Positions 15,092 through 18,656 of a stretch of DNA of 18,656 nucleotides are shown here, one piece after another. The translations under genes and the position numbers were made by a program. This DNA comes from an uncultured Bdellovibrionales bacterium. Its GTDB lineage: Bacteria; Bdellovibrionota_C; UBA2361; JBGSMV01. The notes beneath the pieces were generated by a model. That model saw only the letters and a list, made by a program, of their open reading frames with translations. It had not been told where the DNA came from and searched no databases. Position 1 is the stretch's first letter. Every line of letters starts with the position of its first letter. The DNA is taken from contig CAZVWV010000022.1 of NCBI GenBank assembly GCA_964631745.1, positions 15,640 to 34,295 on the forward strand. The letters are read 5' to 3'.

Positions 15092-15883
15092 ATGCGTTGC
15101 GATTTTCCTATCCTTGAATACGATTCGGACCAGACAGCCCGTATCGAACCCACTGCTGTAGTGCCGGATGGCACGCTGCCTGAGATATGTATCATCTCGT
15201 TTTTCGCCGATGCTATTGAAAGGTTCGTCTCCAACGCCAACGCGACTGTGGCCTGTCGTTTTGACACGATGATAAGCTCGCATCCCGTCTATGAATTCTC
15301 CTACAAGGAGCGGCGGTTGGCCCTACTGCCAGCCGGGCTCGGTGGACCCCTTTCTGTTGGTCTTCTCGAGCACGCTATTGCTATGGGCTCGCGGTATTTT
15401 GTGGTGTGTGGCGCAGCGGGTGTTCTCAACAAAGAGATTGCAGCGGGACACCTGATTTTGCCAACAGCGGCGATACGGGATGAAGGAACGTCGTACCACT
15501 ACCTCCCGCCAGCTCGCGAAGTTGTGCCAAGTGCCGCAGCAGTAGCGGCTATTGGGAAAGTACTTGAAGATGCTAATATCCCGGTCGTTCGCGGAAAAAC
15601 ATGGACCACGGATGCATACTTTCGGGAAACGCGACGTAAGATTGAGTTGCGCCAGTCCGAGGACTGTATTTGTGTCGAAATGGAGGCGGCTGCCCTGTTT
15701 TCCGTCGCGGTGTTTCGCGGGGTTGATCTCGGCTATATCCTTTACGGAGGAGATTCCGTTGCCGGTGTTTGGGACCCACGAGAAGAGTTTGACCGTGCTG
15801 TGGTTCGCGAGAGGCTGATTCGCCTTTCCTGCGAAGCATGCTGTTTACTAGCCGATCAAACAAACGTTCTGAGGCATAAGTGA
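15092..15883 (+). CDS. Nucleoside phosphorylase-I family protein (PNP/UDP/MTAN-type phosphorylase domain)
   Basis: VEMEAAALFSVA matches the family's VEMEAAA[IL] active-site motif. The upstream segment LALLPAGLGGPLSVGLLEHAIAMGSRYFVVCGAAGVL...ILPTAAIRDEGTSYHY aligns with the DeoD/MTAN substrate-binding core. The ATG lies inside CATTATGCG. Confidence 0.7.
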   Translation: MRCDFPILEYDSDQTARIEPTAVVPDGTLPEICIISFFADAIERFVSNANATVACRFDTMISSHPVYEFSYKERRLALLPAGLGGPLSVGLLEHAIAMGSRYFVVCGAAGVLNKEIAAGHLILPTAAIRDEGTSYHYLPPAREVVPSAAAVAAIGKVLEDANIPVVRGKTWTTDAYFRETRRKIELRQSEDCICVEMEAAALFSVAVFRGVDLGYILYGGDSVAGVWDPREEFDRAVVRERLIRLSCEACCLLADQTNVLRHK

Positions 15884-15888
15884 GGGCT

Positions 15889-15983
15889 GCCTAACAATTG
15901 GAGCGAGCGGAGGAAAGGCCGCGAATGAAATTGATGATTTGTAGATTTGAAGTGGCCTTTCCCCGCTCCTCCTCGCCATTATC
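15889..15983 (+). repeat. attC-like site, family 5
   Basis: GCCTAAC (perfect RYYYAAC) AATTGGAGCGAGCGGaGGAAAGGCC ... GGCCTTTCCCCGCTCCTCCTCGC CATTATC. Confidence 0.55.
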
Positions 15984-16012
15984 CCGCCCTTTCGTTTGCA
16001 ACTTGTAATTTA

Positions 16013-16390
16013 ATGAATCAGGCCTTAACCCCCTATAGAGATGTCTTTCTGCGGTTGTTGAATGCTCTCCTGTTTCTGAGCTTAGTGGGTTTTCATGTCA
16101 TGCCAAAGTTATCGCTTATTATTATCGGCAATCAGCAACCTTCCGTTTTTCACATCGTCGCATTCGTAGTTTCAATTACGTCGGGATGTATTGCAGCGAA
16201 GTGGATAATAAAGCGGTTCTCCTTTGTTGAGCATTTAATTGTTTCATTTTGCCTTCTCCCACTTACAATTTGTGTGGCGGTAAGTTTACGGGAGGGTTTA
16301 ATATGGATTCTTATATTAGCTCTTTTCTCGCTTTTTAGTTATCTTCCTTACCGAAGAATCCAAAAAACAAGACCACCAAGCGCGGGATAA
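16013..16390 (+). CDS. Small integral membrane protein (about 4 TM helices), unknown function
   Basis: 125 aa with four hydrophobic segments. The TAA stop at 16388-16390 is embedded in the GATAAC R'' of attC-C. I take the ATG at 16013 because the track's start lies inside the preceding attC. Confidence 0.45.
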   Translation: MNQALTPYRDVFLRLLNALLFLSLVGFHVMPKLSLIIIGNQQPSVFHIVAFVVSITSGCIAAKWIIKRFSFVEHLIVSFCLLPLTICVAVSLREGLIWILILALFSLFSYLPYRRIQKTRPPSAG

Positions 16391-16485
16391 CCACCGAGTA
16401 CTCCCGATAGCGAGGCCGCGTTCTGCTTTGGTAATTTGAGTTGACTTGGAGGCCCCGCTGCGGGAGACTCGGCAAAACGTTAACC
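16385..16485 (+). repeat. attC-like site, family 1 copy C
   Basis: GATAACCA CCGAGTaCTCCCGAtAGCGaGGCCGCG ... TTGACTTGGAGGCCCCGCTGCGGGAGACTCGGCAAAAC GTTAACC. Confidence 0.75.
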
Positions 16486-16507
16486 CTCATTTAAAAATTC
16501 ATAGCAG

Positions 16508-16777
16508 ATGGGTATTGCAACCACTCTAATTATCTACGTCGCGCTCTTTCTCGTCATACGCCAGTCAGTTTTTATTATTGGCGAGAATCAGCGCGGAGTA
16601 ATTGTCCGGCTAGGGCGTTTCGAAAGAATTCATTATCCCGGGTTGCTTATTGTGGTTCCTTTCATGGACCGGGTTCACAAGATAGACTTGCCTGCACAAG
16701 TACCTGGTTGGGAGAAACTTTCTAAGGAGCAGCTTGATGCTAAGGTTCAGGAAATTGCTTTGAGCAAGATAGAATGA
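16508..16777 (+). CDS. SPFH/band-7 domain N-terminal fragment (89 aa)
   Basis: TM helix, then IIGENQRGVIVRLGRFERIHYPGLLIVVPFMDRVHKIDL, the start of the SPFH (stomatin/HflK/C) fold. Far shorter than functional SPFH proteins. The TGA stop lies 2 nt before the R'' of attC-D. Confidence 0.55.
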   Translation: MGIATTLIIYVALFLVIRQSVFIIGENQRGVIVRLGRFERIHYPGLLIVVPFMDRVHKIDLPAQVPGWEKLSKEQLDAKVQEIALSKIE

Positions 16778-16778
16778 G

Positions 16779-16879
16779 GGTTAACCACCGAGTTCTCCCG
16801 ACAGCAGGGCCACGATCATTAGTGGTAGTTCGAATTGACTAAGAAGCCCCGCTGCGGGAGACTCGGCAAAACGTTATGT
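16779..16879 (+). repeat. attC-like site, family 1 copy D (last attC of the array)
   Basis: GGTTAACCA CCGAGTtCTCCCGACAGCaGGGCCaCG ... TTGACTAAGAAGCCCCGCTGCGGGAGACTCGGCAAAAC GTTATGT. The R' overlaps the pepD stop codon. Confidence 0.75.
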
Positions 16880-18556
16880 GCGCTGACAAAGCTCACCTAG
16901 AAGTCCGACCAATCCGTTGAGGAAAGGCGGTACTGAACGCAACACCACACATTCGCGTAAGCCGTGAGCCCCAAGAATGGTGGGGCCTCTAGAATCTATC
17001 TCAAGCTCTGGATAAGCAGCTCTGGGAAAAGCAAACTCTAACCCACAGTGAGCTCCCTTGACGCGGGCCGGTTGGCCGCTATGAAGTTTTCCATGAGCAC
17101 GTTGAGCTATTTCAAGCAAAGAGCTGGATTCCCGCGGAGGTGACAATGGATATGTCTTTCCAAACTCAAATCTAAATTCACTATTTCGTAGTTCCGTTAG
17201 TATCGGCTCTTGCACTGACTCAATGCCTCCAGGTCGGTTGGATCGAGTCATGGTGAGCAGATTTACAGCATCATTCGTAGTTGAACTCAGGCTCCATGTA
17301 TTACTAGTAGCAACAAAGTCTTCGACTCCGTCCGGCAAAAATGCGGGAATTTCTGAGGCTCGCTCAATCACTCCATCAGCCATCGAACTTACGAGGTTCT
17401 GAAGTTTCCGCAAGAATCCAGAATCCATCACAGGGGGGAAAACAGGCTTTTTACTATCTTCGACTATTTCCACCTGAACAGAAATGTCATCTCCCTCGAG
17501 CTGTCTCGTTTGACGAGAAAGAGCTCGTTTTACTTGAGCACAAAAATCAGTGGCTTTTCCTTTATGACACCAAACGACCAAGGTAGCATCTGTGGGAATT
17601 GAACTTCGGCCAAGCCCTCCTTGTAGCGAAGCAAATCGAATTCCCTCGATATCAACGCCGTCTCCCAATGCTTCAAATAGAATCTTCTGCGCGTTGCCAT
17701 GGCCTTTATCAACATCCAAGCCACTGTGACCACCTTTCAAGCCAGTAAGAGATATATTAACAGGAACTTCATTTTCCGAACGCTCGTCACGAGACACGGG
17801 GAGTGTTATTTTTAAGTCTCTCCCTCCAGCTGCACTTATGAAGATGCCTTCTTCCTCCATGTCGAGATTGATCCAATATCTGCGCTGTACATCAGGATCT
17901 GATACGGTGCGAAGAAGGCCATAATCTAGTCCCTTTATGCCTTGCATGTCGCCCTCTTCGTCAGAGGTGAAGACAATTTCCAACGGCGGATGATCTATTC
18001 CCGGGGTCTGAAGCACAGCAAGAATGGCGCTCAGTGACAGATTGTTATCAGCCCCTAATGATCCTTCCTGTGCATATAGTACCCTCTCGCGCCTGCCTCG
18101 CTCAATCTCCCTGGACTCTACTGCTAATGTTCGCTTACAGCCAGCGTCAAAACCTTCGTAGCGCATATCAACAATGTCCATATGAACCTGTAAAACACTT
18201 GGGTCAGCGCCAACTCCACTCCCTCTTCCATCTGCATATAGAATCGCGTTGCCGACTTTGTCGATCTTCATCTGTCGAACCGGTATCAATCCGAGGGAGC
18301 CATCGTTGTAGTGCGGAAAAGCTAGCTGGGCGACATACTCTCGAACATGCCTTTCGTGACCTGACCTTCTGTCTAGTTGGCTGAGCGAGGCGAAGTGCGC
18401 AAACGTGGTCGTGCAAAGTTTCGTCGGGCAAAATGGCAGTAACTCTGCGGCCAATTGTCCGGTAAGAAGAGGGGATTCGGCCATCTGCTGAGCCAATTGC
18501 TGAGCTTGAGTGAATGAGGGCAGTTCTAGTCCAGGCAAATTGAATCCTCCGCGCAA
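16874..18556 (-). CDS. pepD: Aminoacyl-histidine (Xaa-His) dipeptidase PepD, M20 family
   Basis: VLQVHMDIV, LGADNNLSLSAILAVL...PLEIVFTSDEEGDMQG, LKGGHSGLDVDKGHGNA and HCGLEFAFP...YPELE...GPTILGAHGLRE align along the whole length with E. coli PepD motifs. Confidence 0.85.
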   Translation of the reverse strand: MRGGFNLPGLELPSFTQAQQLAQQMAESPLLTGQLAAELLPFCPTKLCTTTFAHFASLSQLDRRSGHERHVREYVAQLAFPHYNDGSLGLIPVRQMKIDKVGNAILYADGRGSGVGADPSVLQVHMDIVDMRYEGFDAGCKRTLAVESREIERGRRERVLYAQEGSLGADNNLSLSAILAVLQTPGIDHPPLEIVFTSDEEGDMQGIKGLDYGLLRTVSDPDVQRRYWINLDMEEEGIFISAAGGRDLKITLPVSRDERSENEVPVNISLTGLKGGHSGLDVDKGHGNAQKILFEALGDGVDIEGIRFASLQGGLGRSSIPTDATLVVWCHKGKATDFCAQVKRALSRQTRQLEGDDISVQVEIVEDSKKPVFPPVMDSGFLRKLQNLVSSMADGVIERASEIPAFLPDGVEDFVATSNTWSLSSTTNDAVNLLTMTRSNRPGGIESVQEPILTELRNSEFRFEFGKTYPLSPPRESSSLLEIAQRAHGKLHSGQPARVKGAHCGLEFAFPRAAYPELEIDSRGPTILGAHGLRECVVLRSVPPFLNGLVGLLGELCQRT

Positions 18557-18656
18557 TATCTTAGCAGTTTAAAGGACTTAATCAACGACTCAGTCACACT
18601 CCCTGCATTTCAGACACTAAAAAAAGAAGAAACCGCGGCCCCCCGTAGAGAAGGCT

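Noticed and set aside
5511-16879. Considered whether the recurring ~95-bp repeats are a CRISPR array or REP/MITE elements
   Set aside because: Spacing is 0.3-6.7 kb and irregular. The repeats are 68-127 bp with bulged internal dyads and RYYYAAC/GTTRRRY termini. They always sit at ORF 3' ends in one orientation. This fits attC sites, not CRISPR repeats (24-48 bp, regularly spaced) or randomly placed MITEs.

Overview
This window is a gammaproteobacterial-type chromosomal segment, about 48-50% GC, in three parts. (1) Positions 1-4573 look like core genome: an NAD-epimerase/dehydratase (RmlB-like) gene fragment at the left edge, a coiled-coil hypothetical, a ferritin-like protein (minus strand), the conserved ydbH-ynbE-ydbL operon and a bacterial PH-domain membrane protein (minus strand). 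(2) Positions 4781-4990 carry a near-consensus sigma70 promoter pointing into the array, followed by operator-like repeats. (3) Positions 5511-16879 hold what I read as an integron gene-cassette array with no recognisable integron integrase in the window (CALIN-like). I count 15 attC-like recombination sites, all in the same orientation, belonging to about 9 sequence families. Family 1 has four ~95-bp copies at 5511, 9575, 16385 and 16779. Each attC has RYYYAAC-like R'' and GTTRRRY-like R' boxes, an imperfect internal dyad, and unpaired bases only in the 5' arm. The attCs delimit about 14 small cassettes. Most forward-strand ORFs end with a stop codon inside the TAAC of R''. Cassette cargo: a lipoprotein, a NUDIX hydrolase, two ORF6N/KilA-N-like genes on the minus strand (one disrupted), the BrnT/BrnA toxin-antitoxin pair (minus strand), a ParE-like toxin with a TIGR02574-type antitoxin (minus strand), a PNP/UDP-phosphorylase-family protein, a 4-TM membrane protein, an SPFH-domain fragment, and several unknown or frameshifted ORFs. 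A pair of paralogous cassettes (7376-8394 and 14427-15086) begin with a conserved hairpin leader and an intrinsic terminator. One of them carries no ORF. The other carries a degenerate chimeric ORF joining a tyrosine-recombinase SAM-like N-terminus to an IS91/Y2-transposase C-terminus. A 5'-truncated Tn3-family tnpA (10269-12743) has a recognisable 38-bp right inverted repeat (IRR), plus a direct 22-bp copy of the IRR tip upstream; it has replaced most of one ORF6N cassette. The array ends exactly at the stop codon of pepD (M20 dipeptidase, minus strand). All identifications come from reading the sequence and from remembered family motifs; no searches were run.
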